A stretch of DNA of 64,000 nucleotides, taken from the NCBI RefSeq assembly GCF_018977255.1, contig NW_024704742.1, positions 9,612,001 through 9,676,000 of the forward strand. Direction: 5' to 3'. Positions 10,936 to 22,143 of this stretch are shown piece after piece. Positions within the stretch are counted from its first letter, which is position 1; each line of letters starts with the position of its first letter. Source of the DNA: Callorhinchus milii (taxonomy: Eukaryota). The notes below the pieces were generated by a model. It was not told the origin of the DNA and made no database searches. It saw only the letters and a program-made list of their open reading frames with translations. A program made the translations under genes and the position numbers.

Positions 10936-12611
10936 AGGCAGCTGCTGAAGTCTAACTTCCTACAAGACCATTTTATTTCAAATGTTAACATTGTGGATAA
11001 TTGTGAGCAATTCTTAAATTCAGTCTTAATTTGAAAATTAAGTGTTACGAACTGCAGAGAAAGCACCTTGCAAATGAAGATCGAATCGAAGAATTTTCCA
11101 CGGTTCTGCGAGATCTTAAGCGTTAAGACAAGATGGGCTAAGACTAGGAAGAATTGAAATAGGTTTCCCTGAATTGCATCATTGCAACTAATTGATATAA
11201 TTGAGGTTTTATAGCAATGAGTCACTGTAATTCATACATATTACTGAGCGTAGCAACTGCTCAATCTCGTCAACAGGCGGAAAATAGGTTACCAGTTCTG
11301 ATGAACGGTTGGATAAGAAAGGTAATAAGAAAGAATATAGTTCCAGCATTTTCTCTTTTCTCTCTTTATTTAGGATTTCAGTATTCCCAGTTTTTATATA
11401 TTTTAACAGGATGGGGGTTAGCAGGAGTTCTTGTAATTGGCATTCACAGAGCAGAACTAACCACTGGCTTGGGTTTTGCATGATTAATAGATGTAAAAAA
11501 CTAGCAGCTTTTGGTTTGAGGGATTCCTAGCTGCCATGTGAGATTTAGTTGCAGTGGAGCATGTGCTTAGCAGAATTATCAATGATCTTATTTCTGCTTA
11601 AGCAATTACCAATTTCTGTACAGATTTATCACTGCAAATTGAAAATTAAAGGACAAAACTAAATGCCAAGTCTAGCATTCTTCCAGGCTGTGTTGGGTGA
11701 GATGGTGCAGATGTGTCCGTTATCGCTCTGAAATACTGGTGGGATTTTGTGTACAGTATTCCATTCCACTCCATATTGTTGGAGATAACCAAGTACAAGG
11801 CTGTTTGTATAGTCAATAAATAAATAAATTACAAACAACAGAAAAGATATTGTTATTTCTGAGATTTAAAGTGACTAATCTCATTGCATTTTGCTTTAAA
11901 CATTTTGGTCTGACTCATGCCTGTTTTTTAGTAGCTGTAGCTTTCCTAGTGAGGTCTGGCATTGCAGTGGATAATGAGTGTCAGTCATTGTAAATCTCGA
12001 ATCTCTAGCCAACCATTAGCAGTAATGTGAATTCCTCATTTCAAATCCATTCCAGGATGAAGTAAACCCACCTTAAACATCTGAGTATAAAATAAATGAA
12101 GTGCGGCCAAATAGTTCACGAACAAGTCAGATCAACAAGTGATGAATATAGTTTGCCTGGGATTGAGCTTTGATGTACTAAGTTGTGCAATTCTTGCTAT
12201 CAGTTGTTGACTTGAAAGGTCTAGAAAATGTGATCGTCACAGGAAACTCGAGCGCACAGCTTTTTTTTTCATGTTTGTTAATAAACTAAAATATTAATAA
12301 GACAAGAATAATGGACTACAGTGATTTTCTGTCGCTAACTCCTCTTTGAGGTACATTAGTAGCTGCAGAGTACTAAACCTGGTTATATCCTAGTGCCTTG
12401 GGACATCCTCCTGACATGAAAAGCTCTATGCAAGTATAATTCTTTGTTGTTGTAAGCAACAGTGGGCACATAATTGGCACATTTTAGCATAGTTTTTATT
12501 CGAGAATAAAAGTTTGGCCTTTACTATCGAAGATGCTTATTTCACATAGTAATAGGCAGGACAGGAGCTGTGTGTTATGAGCAGGTCTAACATTCTGCTT
12601 TCTGTTTACAG

Positions 12612-12742
12612 CAGTACATATTAAAACACCCAGGATCCGCTGAGCACGTTATTGAACGGGAAACGGAAACTTCATTCTCCACGAGTCATTACACATCAAC
12701 AAGCCAGCACTCCACGACAGTTACTCAGACACCGAGCCACAG
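12612..12742 (+). CDS. NRG1: Neuregulin 1 cytoplasmic exon 2: QYILKHPGSAEHVIERETETSFSTSHYTSTSQHSTTVTQTPSH(S)
   Basis: tgtttacag|CAG TAC ... CAC AG|gtaatg; 131 nt, phase 0-2; ETSFSTSHYTS and STTVTQTPSHS are neuregulin ICD motifs. Confidence 0.97.
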
Positions 12743-12829
12743 GTAATGCAATCTGTGTTAAGCCATTGGATATAATTTATAATTAATAACTCTTGCATTT
12801 TATATAGGACCTGTAGAATCGATATTCAG

Positions 12830-13220
12830 TGTCTCTAAGCGCTCACTTGAGAAGTTTGGCACATTGTAGTGAATGAATTTTGTAGGCAAACATGACAATT
12901 GCTATATTTGCATACAGCAATATTCCCCAAAACAATCATGAAGTCAATGACTAATTTATTGATTTGGAAGATTATTGGCCAGGGCATTGGAAGAAATTCC
13001 CTTCTCTTTTCAAATAGTCTCATTACCTGGCAGATGAGACCACAGTTTCACTGTCTCATCAGCAAGGACGACATCTCTGATAATACTGCTGTGCGCAATT
13101 AGCTGCTGCGTTTTGCCCACAAAATATACAATCAATTCAGTTTACAGTATATTCTGTGAAGCTTTTTGAGATGTCTCGAAGACATGAAGACACTATATCA
13201 AATGCAAAGTTTATTATATT
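12830..13220. mobile_element. Old Deu-type SINE (-) joined to the 3' part of the tRNA-Ala-like SINE (+, 13085-13220)
   Basis: Family blocks in opposite orientations. Confidence 0.75.
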
Positions 13221-13432
13221 ATACAGTCCTCCCATTGACCTGCATGAGCTCAGTGTCTAAAAAGTGCTTTATCAACTTGACAAACCCAAATGTCACTATC
13301 TTTCAGTATATATTGTCTTTGGTAGCTGAAAGGGTGATTTAGACCTGACCAGTGAATGCCAGTCTTGGTGTCGTTGCCCTTGTCCTTCACCGTCAATTTG
13401 TAACATAAAGTTCCTTCCTCTTACTCTCACAG

Positions 13433-13636
13433 TTGGAGTACAGGACAAACAGAAAGCCTCGCCTCAGATGGACGTTCTGTGCTTGTGACATCGTCAATAG
13501 AAACCAGCACACAGATCAGCCCGAACAATCACCGGGGTCGCCTCAATGGTGTAGCAAGTCGCAGAGAGATGCACATCTGTATGAAGAACTGGAGAGAAAC
13601 GCCAGATTCTCTCCGAGATTCCCCTCACAGTGAAAG
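13433..13636 (+). CDS. NRG1: Neuregulin 1 cytoplasmic exon 3: WSTGQTESLASDGRSVLVTSSIETSTQISPNNHRGRLNGVASRREMHICMKNWRETPDSLRDSPHSE(R)
   Basis: ctctcacag|T TGG AGT ... GAA AG|gtagat; 204 nt, phase 2-2; RGRLNG and RETPDSxRDSPHSER motifs. Confidence 0.97.
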
Positions 13637-13821
13637 GTAGATTGTGTGTGAAGATACCAGTGCAGCAGTTGGGTTGGGTTGCGTGTGAAGGAACAGCGTT
13701 TGGTTCCAGTGTGCAGCTTTGAAGCTAACCCAGTCAGAAAATCTTTAAAATATAATGTGACATTGCAGTCTTAGTTTCACCCAGTCAATATCTGCTCTCC
13801 AGCACACAACCTAAAGCTGTA

Positions 13822-13827
13822 AATAAA
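13822..13827 (+). promoter_or_regulatory. Candidate intronic poly(A) signal for the c-tail isoform
   Basis: AATAAA ~180 nt after the in-frame TAG (13638-13640) reached by reading through the exon-3 donor. Confidence 0.45.
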
Positions 13828-14162
13828 GTGGCAATGTGCTATAAATACTAGATAGAGGCAATGGGACTATTCCCAACATTTATACAACTAACAACTGATC
13901 ATAGTATTAACATCTGTATAAGGAAAGAGTGACAATTTTGTAACATGTTTATTTTAGGGTGTTTGCCTCTTATACTCTAAGGCAAGCCTATATATTACTC
14001 TGATTCTCTGCAGCACATTCTCTCCCAAATTAATTCAGGTCCTTATTATCAATAATAATAATATGTATATCCTATGAAGCACTTTGAAATGTCCTGATGT
14101 GAAACAAACTTTCAAAGAGGTAGGATTTGAGACAGGACTTAAAGACAAGAGAGGGGTCTAGA

Positions 14163-14499
14163 TGATAATAACAATAGTAATCCTTGCATTTGACATAGCT
14201 TCTTATCACAGCATTGAGACGTCTCAAAGTGCATCACAGAATATATTCTAAAGTGGATTGACTGTGTACTTTGTGGGCGAAACACAGCAGCCAATTGTGC
14301 ACAGCACTGTCCCACAAACAGGCATGGAGTCAGTAATTATTTTTTGAAAAATTTATTACCCCCGGAAAAGCGATCCGACAATCAACTAACAACCGGGTTC
14401 CTACCTACTGCTAGGTAAACAGTGTGGAGTAAGTAAACTTGCCCAACATTTCGTTCTGCCGGGAATCAAACCCAGATCCTGCCTGAGAATGGAACCCAA
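14163..14499 (-). mobile_element. tRNA-derived SINE, tail and body; head displaced to 16081-16132 by an L2 insertion
   Basis: The body stops at the B box (GGAACCCAA) and resumes at 16081 with GGAACCCAAGTCTCTCGC...ACTGAGCTACAG. Confidence 0.88.
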
Positions 14500-16080
14500 C
14501 AACAACAACAACAAAATTACATTTATAGAGCGCCTTTCACGTTGGGAGGACATCCCAAAGCGCTGAACAGTCAGATGTCAGGGCCCGAGCATGGGGGAGG
14601 GGTGGTATAGGAGTGAGGGAAGGCAGAGAGGTGGGACGGAGACCAAAGGCACAGTTGAAGAGAAGGTTTCTTGAGACCGGCCTTAAAGGAGGCAAGGCAA
14701 AGAATGGAGTTCCAGAATGTGGGGGCAGAGAGGCTGAAAGCCCGGCCACCGATGGTAGGGCGGGTCGGGCGGGAGAAATGGAGCAGGCCGGAGCCTGATG
14801 AACGGAGGGAGCGGGTAGGTTGGTAGGGAGTCAGCAGGTCAGAGAGGTAGGAGGGGGCAAGGCCATGGATGGCCTTAAAGGTGAGGACGAGGATCTTGAA
14901 CTTGATCCTCTGGGGGATGGGGAGCCAGTGGAGTCGGTCGAGGGTGGGAGTGATGGGGGCACGGAGCCTGGTGTGTGAGAGTACACGAGCTGCAGAGTTT
15001 TGGATGATCTGCAGCTTGTGAAGGGAAGAGTTGGAAAAGCCGATGAGGAGGGAGTGACAGGTTCAAAGGTGTGGAAGGAGGGATGGGTAATTGTCGGATG
15101 GGTAATTGTGTGGGTGGGGGTAGGGAGGGGTTGGACATTGGGAGGGCAGTGGCAGCTGAGTGGATTCCCTCGATTTTGGACTCGAGGAAGTCCAGCATTT
15201 TCTCACAGTGAGAGTCAGAGGAAAGTATCTGCGAAGCGTGTCGGGGAGGGTGGAGGAGCCGGTTAGTGGTGGAGAACAGGAGCCTGGGATTGCCTTTCGC
15301 CTCCAGGATTAACCTGGAATAGAAGGATAATTTGGCCGAGGCAAGAGTGGAGCGGTAGGTTTTGATGAGGTCCAGCCAGACGTGGAGGTGGACCGTTAGG
15401 CCGGATTTGAGCCAAGTGTGTTTGGCAGCCCGCACCTGGCCCCAAGCGAGCGGAGGTGGCTGGTGAACTAGGGTGAGGATCGGGAATAGGAGGCAGTTCG
15501 GGAGGTGAGGGGGGCAAGGATGTCGAGTGTGGTGGAGAGGGTGCTATGGAGAAGAGTGAGTACAGTGAGTGGATTGTGCGAGAGTTGGGCCAGAGGGGGA
15601 GGAGATCAGGACTCCAGGGCAGCGGAGAAGGATTGCGGGGAGATCTTCTTCCATGGGCAGGAGAAGACGGTGGTAGGTTTGGAGACAGCGGGGAGAGGGA
15701 TATGGGAGTTGAGGGAGATGAAATGGTGGTCAGAGATGGTGACATCCGAGACGCTGAGGCCCCGGGTGATCACCAGGTCGAGCGGGTGACTGTGGGATGT
15801 GGATGTAGCAGAGTGGATGTGGAGGGAGCGGTTGAGAGAAGAGAGGAGTGAAGAGAAGTCTGAGGAGATGGAGCAGGAGGGGATAAAGTGGAGGTTGAAG
15901 TCGCCTAGGATGATGAGGTGATTGGAGCAGAGGCAGAGGGAAGCAAAGAGAGTGGAGATGTCAGAGATGAAGTTGGGAGAGGATTTGGGGGGGCGGTAAA
16001 GTAAGAGAATGTTCAGAGAGAGGTGGAAGTGATGGCAGAGGGTAAGGTGTTCGAAGGAGGGGAACGAGCCAGTGGAGTAG
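14500..16080 (-). mobile_element. L2-clade LINE, 5'-truncated and internally deleted (APE endonuclease remnant joined to the ORF2 C-terminus and 3' tail)
   Basis: APE motifs LLYRPP, ILGDFNLH, PLDLVITRGL, SDH; EAKGNPRLLFST; then [28 protein letters not shown]; (GTT)n tail; frameshifted. Confidence 0.92.
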
Positions 16081-16234
16081 GGAACCCAAGTCTCTCGCTT
16101 GTGAGGCGAGTGCTCTAACCACTGAGCTACAGTAAAAAGCAGGTATATCAAATGCATTTTATTTCATTGTAAAGATGAGTGTTCTGTGCGGGTATTGTTT
16201 TCTGACGTGTTATTCTGTGTTTGTGCCCTCACAG

Positions 16235-16886
16235 GTTTGTCTCTGCTATGACCACTCCAGCCAGAATGTCTCCTGTGGACTTCAGATCACCCATGTCCCC
16301 AACGTCCCCCGATTCGATCACCTCTCCTCCCGTTTCCAGCCTGACCATCTCCATTCCTTCCGTGGCCATCAGCCCTTTCACGGAGGAGGAGCGGCCCCTG
16401 CTCCTGGTCACACCACCCAAGCTGCGGGTGGAGGGAAAGAGGCACCAGCCTTACAGGCAACACCGTAGCAACACCCAGGACAGCAGCAGCCTCCCACCCA
16501 GCCCACTCCGGGTGGCCGAGGACGATGAGTACGAGACAACACAGGAGTACGAGCCGGTGCCGGAGCCGCCAAAGAAAGTGGCAGCCAGCAGGAGGGGGAA
16601 AAGAACAAAGCCCAGTAATGGGCACGTTTCCCACATGGCGGAGAGCGAGAGCAATAGCAGCTCGGAGAGCAGTAGCTCTGAAAGCGAAATGGAAGATGAA
16701 CGAATAGGGGAGGACACACCATTCCTGAGCATACAGAATCCATTGGCAATGGGGGTGGAATCGCCAGCCTGCGCCTACCGGCTGACCGATAGCAGGACTA
16801 ACTCTGCCAATAGGTACTCAGCACAGGAAGAGTTGCAAGTCAGGCTGTCCAGTGTAATTGCTAACCAGGACCCGATTGCTGTTTAA
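16235..16886 (+). CDS. NRG1: Neuregulin 1 terminal a-tail exon, FVSAMTTPARMSPVDF...RLSSVIANQDPIAV*
   Basis: ccctcacag|G TTT GTC; ORF 16221..16886; motifs EEERPLLLVTPP, EYETTQEYEP, GEDTPFL and the C-terminal ANQDPIAV are diagnostic of NRG1. Confidence 0.98.
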
Positions 16887-17330
16887 AACCAACTCTTAGA
16901 TGCACCTGTAAAACTTTATTTTATATAATGAAGTACTCCAGATACTTTACTTTAAATTAAACAATTTTATTTTATTTTAGCGACAAGAGTCTTGCAGCAG
17001 GTAGAAGTCTTTTATAGATTAAAGTATATGTATGTATAAATAGCGTCCGGAATACTAATGTGCCATATGTAGCGTTTTTACAGTATTTCAACACAGAAAG
17101 ATATCAATGGTGCCTTTGTGTTACTTTATGCTGAGAAAGGAGTCAATACAACAGTTACACAGTATTGCCACCTATACCTTGTTATAAGATAAGGTCTTTG
17201 CCTGCAGAATGCTTGTGATCTCAGTCTCTCTTTATTTGGGGAAGGGGAGTTCCTGGGGGTGGGGGGATTGGGGGACATAGAATAGGGTAGACTAGAGCAG
17301 GTTTACCTGTAAGCTGCCTAAAGAGCTAGG

Positions 17331-17530
17331 ACACTGTTGTGTGCAATTGGCTGCCACGCTTCACCCACAAAATATAGAGTCAATTCACGTTACAATATAT
17401 TCTGTGATGCAATGTGATAAGGCTCTATATCAAATGCAAGGATTATTATTATAGGAAAAAAATGCAACAACAACGACTTGCATTTATATAGCTCCCTTGA
17501 TATGGGTGGTGTCTCAGAGCGATTAACAGC
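17331..17530. mobile_element. SINE 3' fragment (+) followed by an L2 tail fragment (-) inside the putative 3' UTR
   Basis: CAATTGGCTGCC...AATGCAAGGATTATT, then AACAACAACGACTTGCATTTATATAG. Confidence 0.8.
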
Positions 17531-19224
17531 AATGTGGTTTGAAGCCAAGCTGGAAAGCCAGGGGAATAAATACATTAAGGAGATTCATCACATTTAGGCT
17601 GTTGATCTGCATGGTTCAGCAACAGTTACATTGCCTGTCTTTTTTGATGATATCTCATCGGTATGGGATAAAGGGGGGTTTTCTTTGTAAAGTCCCCAGG
17701 TACAAGGATGAGCAGAGCTGGGACTTTCCATTTGTACCAGTGTTCATTCACTAACTAGACCTGCAAAGTGTAGCTGGGCATTTGAAAGCAAACCCGTTTT
17801 GAAAGGGAATCGGCACGTGTATAAATGGATGAGCAGCCTATTCGGATATCCACTCTGAATTGGATCAAGTTATTATGATCGAACCTCAACCCCGCCCACC
17901 CCCCCGTTTAAAAGGAACCTGAGTCTCTTTGTTACATTGGGTTCTGGGCAAGGATTGTGAAAGGGCCAAATACATTTGATTTGGTGAGTTGGGCGGTAAG
18001 CTCTTCATCTGCAACCGAGTTTTGGCTGAGTTATGAGCATTGCTATTCAGTGGAGAGATGTGAAGTTCTTAAAGCTGGAGTGTGTGAGAAACAGGGATTA
18101 GGTTGAGAAAATCCACTACCTACCATCCCCTCCACACCCCCCACCCCCCCCCCCACCACCCCATGAGATGTAGATCCTGGATTCTGGCTGAAGGCAGACT
18201 GGTGGCAACGGAACTATTGGCTTGAGCATTTCTGCAACTGCTGCTTGGATTTTCTTATTATTTGGTACAGCGTGTTAAATATTTTAGTATTGGTCTGATC
18301 TGCAGCAAAGCTCCTCAGCAGCAGTGCAAAACCAAATGGAATATTGCAGCTTTAATCTTCGGAATGAGTAATTAAATAAACCTTTGCAGTTTGACATTGC
18401 GATAACCCTCTCCACACGCTCAGAGTAAGTAAGACTGCAACAAACTGCCGTTCATTTTGAGGCTTCACCATTACATTCATTGAAATGACTGTACGTTTCT
18501 GATATCTTCCTGTGTTTATAAAACGGTCATATTTAAAATCTTTCAAATAAACTTTTTAGTTTTTTTCGTTTAAATCTTGTACTTCATTAACACCCAGTTA
18601 TTCTCATGTTACCATAACAGTCAACAATTTCAGTTTTGTTCCCCTTCATCTAGACAGAAACAACATTTTTACCCATCACAAGTTTTGCTTGTTTATTTAT
18701 TATTTCAACCAAGGCAGTGCAAAATATCAAACTGCTACTTTGAAAATTATATTTCCTAATTATTCAACACTACAACACACCAATACTAATCATGCTTGTT
18801 CACTATTTCACTGTAAAAGTAGTACGTCAGCAACGTAGAGTGCTTTTTATTCTTTCGTAGCAATGTCAATTCAAGCTTGTTGTTTTTGTTTAATGCTCTG
18901 TCTTCTTAAAGTCATCACGTGTTATGTTAAATCACAAAAGCTGTGTGGCGGTAGCAAAAGGTAAACCCTTTAGGAATCGCATTGGCATTTCTGAAGCTCT
19001 TTATTGAATGCTTGAGAACACAGCACAGCAGGTTCCTCAAAGCGAGAGAGTTTCACCCCTCTTCATCCCTGCTTTAACCCAGTGGCTATACAGCCAGCAT
19101 TCGACCTCAGGCTTTTCCAAAGGCAGTAATGATGTATTCATATTTTATCAGAGTGCCAGAAGGACACAGCCCAAAGTTTAGGGAGAGAGTGATAAAAATG
19201 GGCAAAGAGACACCGCTTAGCAAC

Positions 19225-19462
19225 TTTTCAGGGGTTAATAATCCTTCAAAAAATATAAAAAATACTAATAATAATTTGATTACTCAATCCACAACTCAAT
19301 CCACACTTCAACTGTGGGACACTAATGTGTGCAATTGGCTTCTGCATTTCGCCCACAATATATTCAGTCAATTCACTTTACAGTATATCCTGTGAAGCAC
19401 TTTGAGATGTCTTGAAGATGTGATAAGGCACTATATCAAATGCAAGGATTGGTATTGTTATT
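19225..19462 (+). mobile_element. tRNA-derived SINE, 3' half, inside the putative 3' UTR
   Basis: Family body and tail. Confidence 0.85.
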
Positions 19463-21429
19463 AAGTGGTCGCAATCTGCCATTCCCGACCTTCTTTCATC
19501 TGAAACCTATAAACAATGCATTGGTTAATGAAAAATTGACCCAATCAAACCAGCACCATCTCCATCATTGCTCTCTCTAGCAAGTCTTTGCATAGAACTA
19601 AGTAAAAGCTTTCATCATCAACACAAATACCCTCCCCCAGCTAACATTACCAAGTGTCTGTAGCAAGTGTTATTACTACTTGCACCCACAATCTGTAACC
19701 ATCTGTAAATCGTAGCCGTGGGCCAAACAAACTGAAAATGGCAGAGGTACGGCCAAATAGCTGAATCAGGTTTTTTTTTGGTTTGCTGTGAAACAAGCTA
19801 AAAGTTTAAGTGAGGAGCTTTCTCAGGTCCCTCATCTGCACATGGCTAAAGCACCCACTGAGGTTTAAGTGATCAGAATAAGCATTAACTGATTAACTGC
19901 TATGGCATATAGGGCGGGTGCTGGATCCTAACCCACCATGACAACATGCATGTGACCTTCCTGGTTTGAATGTGCGCCTTCAAGCAGCAACCACTGTTGT
20001 TAAAATGGTTTTGATTGCACCCCTACACTTTGCAAGAGTACCGACACATTAAAGTAATTTAAAAAGAAGCATCCAATATTCTTCAAGCTTTGTATCTCAC
20101 GCTCACTTGCGTGTACAGAGGTACATCATACTGAAATTTTAAGTTAGGACACTGCAATTCGTTCAAGAGAAAAATGCTAATGCTGGAGACCAGCTGTTGC
20201 TAAAGGTGTTCGCTTGGACAGTCTCTCCCCCATCAGGATTAAACACATCTGCAACATTTTTGTAAGAATCATGACCGTTGGACTTCAAATTAAGAACAAA
20301 GTTTGGGGAAAGGGAGGATGCAATTAGTTTTTGGTACAGGAAACGGTAATCTGCTCTTCCAAATCCAGCTGTAGCTTAATGTTTGTTGCTCAAGGTGAAT
20401 TCCTCTGATCGTTCATACAGCTTAACAGTGAAAATGCTATTTTGCCCAATAAAAATACAATATTTATAACAAAGGCTGTTTGCATCGAGGGGGGAAGACA
20501 GGCAGAAGTTTCACTGCCCACATTAATAGGGCTTGAGAACTGTCACACCATCACAATGAAAGCAATAGAGCACCACCAGGCCTGGCTGCATTCAAATTAG
20601 AAAGTGCTTAATGTCTGTACCAATGTAAAGTCTGTTTGCTTCCCCTCCCTTATTTTAATTTTGTCTGGGGTGGGGAAGGGCTGAAAGGATGTAATATACA
20701 TTTGCTTTGTTATTCTGTGGTTTTTATTTGTCCTGTAATTATTGATAGCAAGCCTTTCTGTGATCTGTCTTGTAAATATCCTTGCAGTAGTTTCATTATT
20801 TATAGCCCAGCTTTTGACATTAAGTGGATTTATTTTCATGTATGTAAGATAAACCTCCCAACAAATATATGTTCACAATTTTTTTCCTTTATTTTCGCGT
20901 TGGTTTTTTTTCTTAAAAAAAATTGAAAATGCGTGAAAAAATAATTTATTGTCAAGTATAAAGGCTATCTATATCTTTCTCAGAATGAAAGTATAATCAG
21001 CATCTGATTATCAGATGCTGGAAATCCAGTATATGCAAATTGCAAAACATCTTGATGCATTTTCATTTCGATCTTGATGTACGTCTCTTGTGGAGGGAGG
21101 AGGGGAGGGGGTTTGGGTGAAAGAATCTGCAAGTCAGCATTTTGGCTTATTCTATTCAGCTCCCCTCAAACGGTGTGGACTTGGAGCAGGAATGTATTTA
21201 AAGTAAGAGTACAGTAATTCAAATATTTCATTTGTTTTGTTTGTATAGTTGCTTTTTTTTAAAAAAATATTAAACCATTTCATATCAAGACCTAGAAAAT
21301 CTGTGGGGGGTTTTCTATATTAAAGTTGGGCTGCAGAACCCTATGTTTTCCTTTTCTTGCTCCATTTTCTTAAATTATGTTGTTGTAAACTGCATTAACC
21401 TGGTCTGAGGTTGTCCTCCTGTTGCTCAT

Positions 21430-21775
21430 GTGGAGTCTTGTAGCTCAGTGGTTAGAGCACTCGCCTTGCAAGCGACAGAATCGATTCCCGGGCAGGGTGA
21501 AACGTTGGGCAAGTTTCCTCACTCCACATGCCTCTGTTTACCTAGCAGTAAGTAGGAACCTGGGGGTAATGATTCCTTCAAAAAAATAATAATAATAAAT
21601 TGGTCGCTTCAATCCTCGACTGTTTGTGGGACACTGCTGTGCGCTATTAGCTGCCGCGTTTCGCCCACAAAATATACAGTCTATTCACTTTATAGTATAT
21701 TCTGTGAAGCGCTTTGAGACGTCTCGAAGACCTGATAAGGGGCTATATCAAATGCAAGGATTATTATTGTTATTA
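21430..21775 (+). mobile_element. tRNA-derived SINE, full head, partial internal deletion
   Basis: Head, body and tail; GTAGGAACC joined directly to TGGGGGTAAT. Confidence 0.92.
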
Positions 21776-22143
21776 TGGGTTCTTAGAGCATAAAAAGGGC
21801 AAATATAAGGAGGAATAATCGGGTTTTGGTGGCTCAAACAGGTCTGGACTTTCCGATGTTCCCTTTAATTTCTGACAAAAAACTTTATGTTTGCCAAAAA
21901 GAAAAAAAAGTACAATGCCCCTTTAAACTTGGTATGGTTTGGTTCAAAGGGCAAGAAGCAATAATCCACATATTTCTCATATGTATATCAGGTATATCAG
22001 TGTATATCAGGTTAGATCAGACGCTAGAGAGGTGACAGAGGCAAGGCTGTATGTGGAGAGGGCAAGTTTAAGTATCTCTCTCCTCAATATCACAAAGAGT
22101 ACAACAGACATTCCCTATTGAGGAGGAGACAGATACCGGAATA

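Larger units (their letters stand above)
16887..21300 (+). other. NRG1: NRG1 3' UTR (proximal part likely, distal end tentative)
   Basis: AT/U-rich sequence after the stop; candidate poly(A) signals AATGAA 16927-16932, ATTAAA 16956-16961 and distal ATTAAA 21269-21274 and 21319-21324 followed by a T/GT-rich tract; repeat density rises sharply after 21430. Confidence 0.6.

Noticed and set aside
16229..16749. Several antisense ORFs over the last NRG1 exon
   Set aside because: Expected shadows of GC-rich coding sequence
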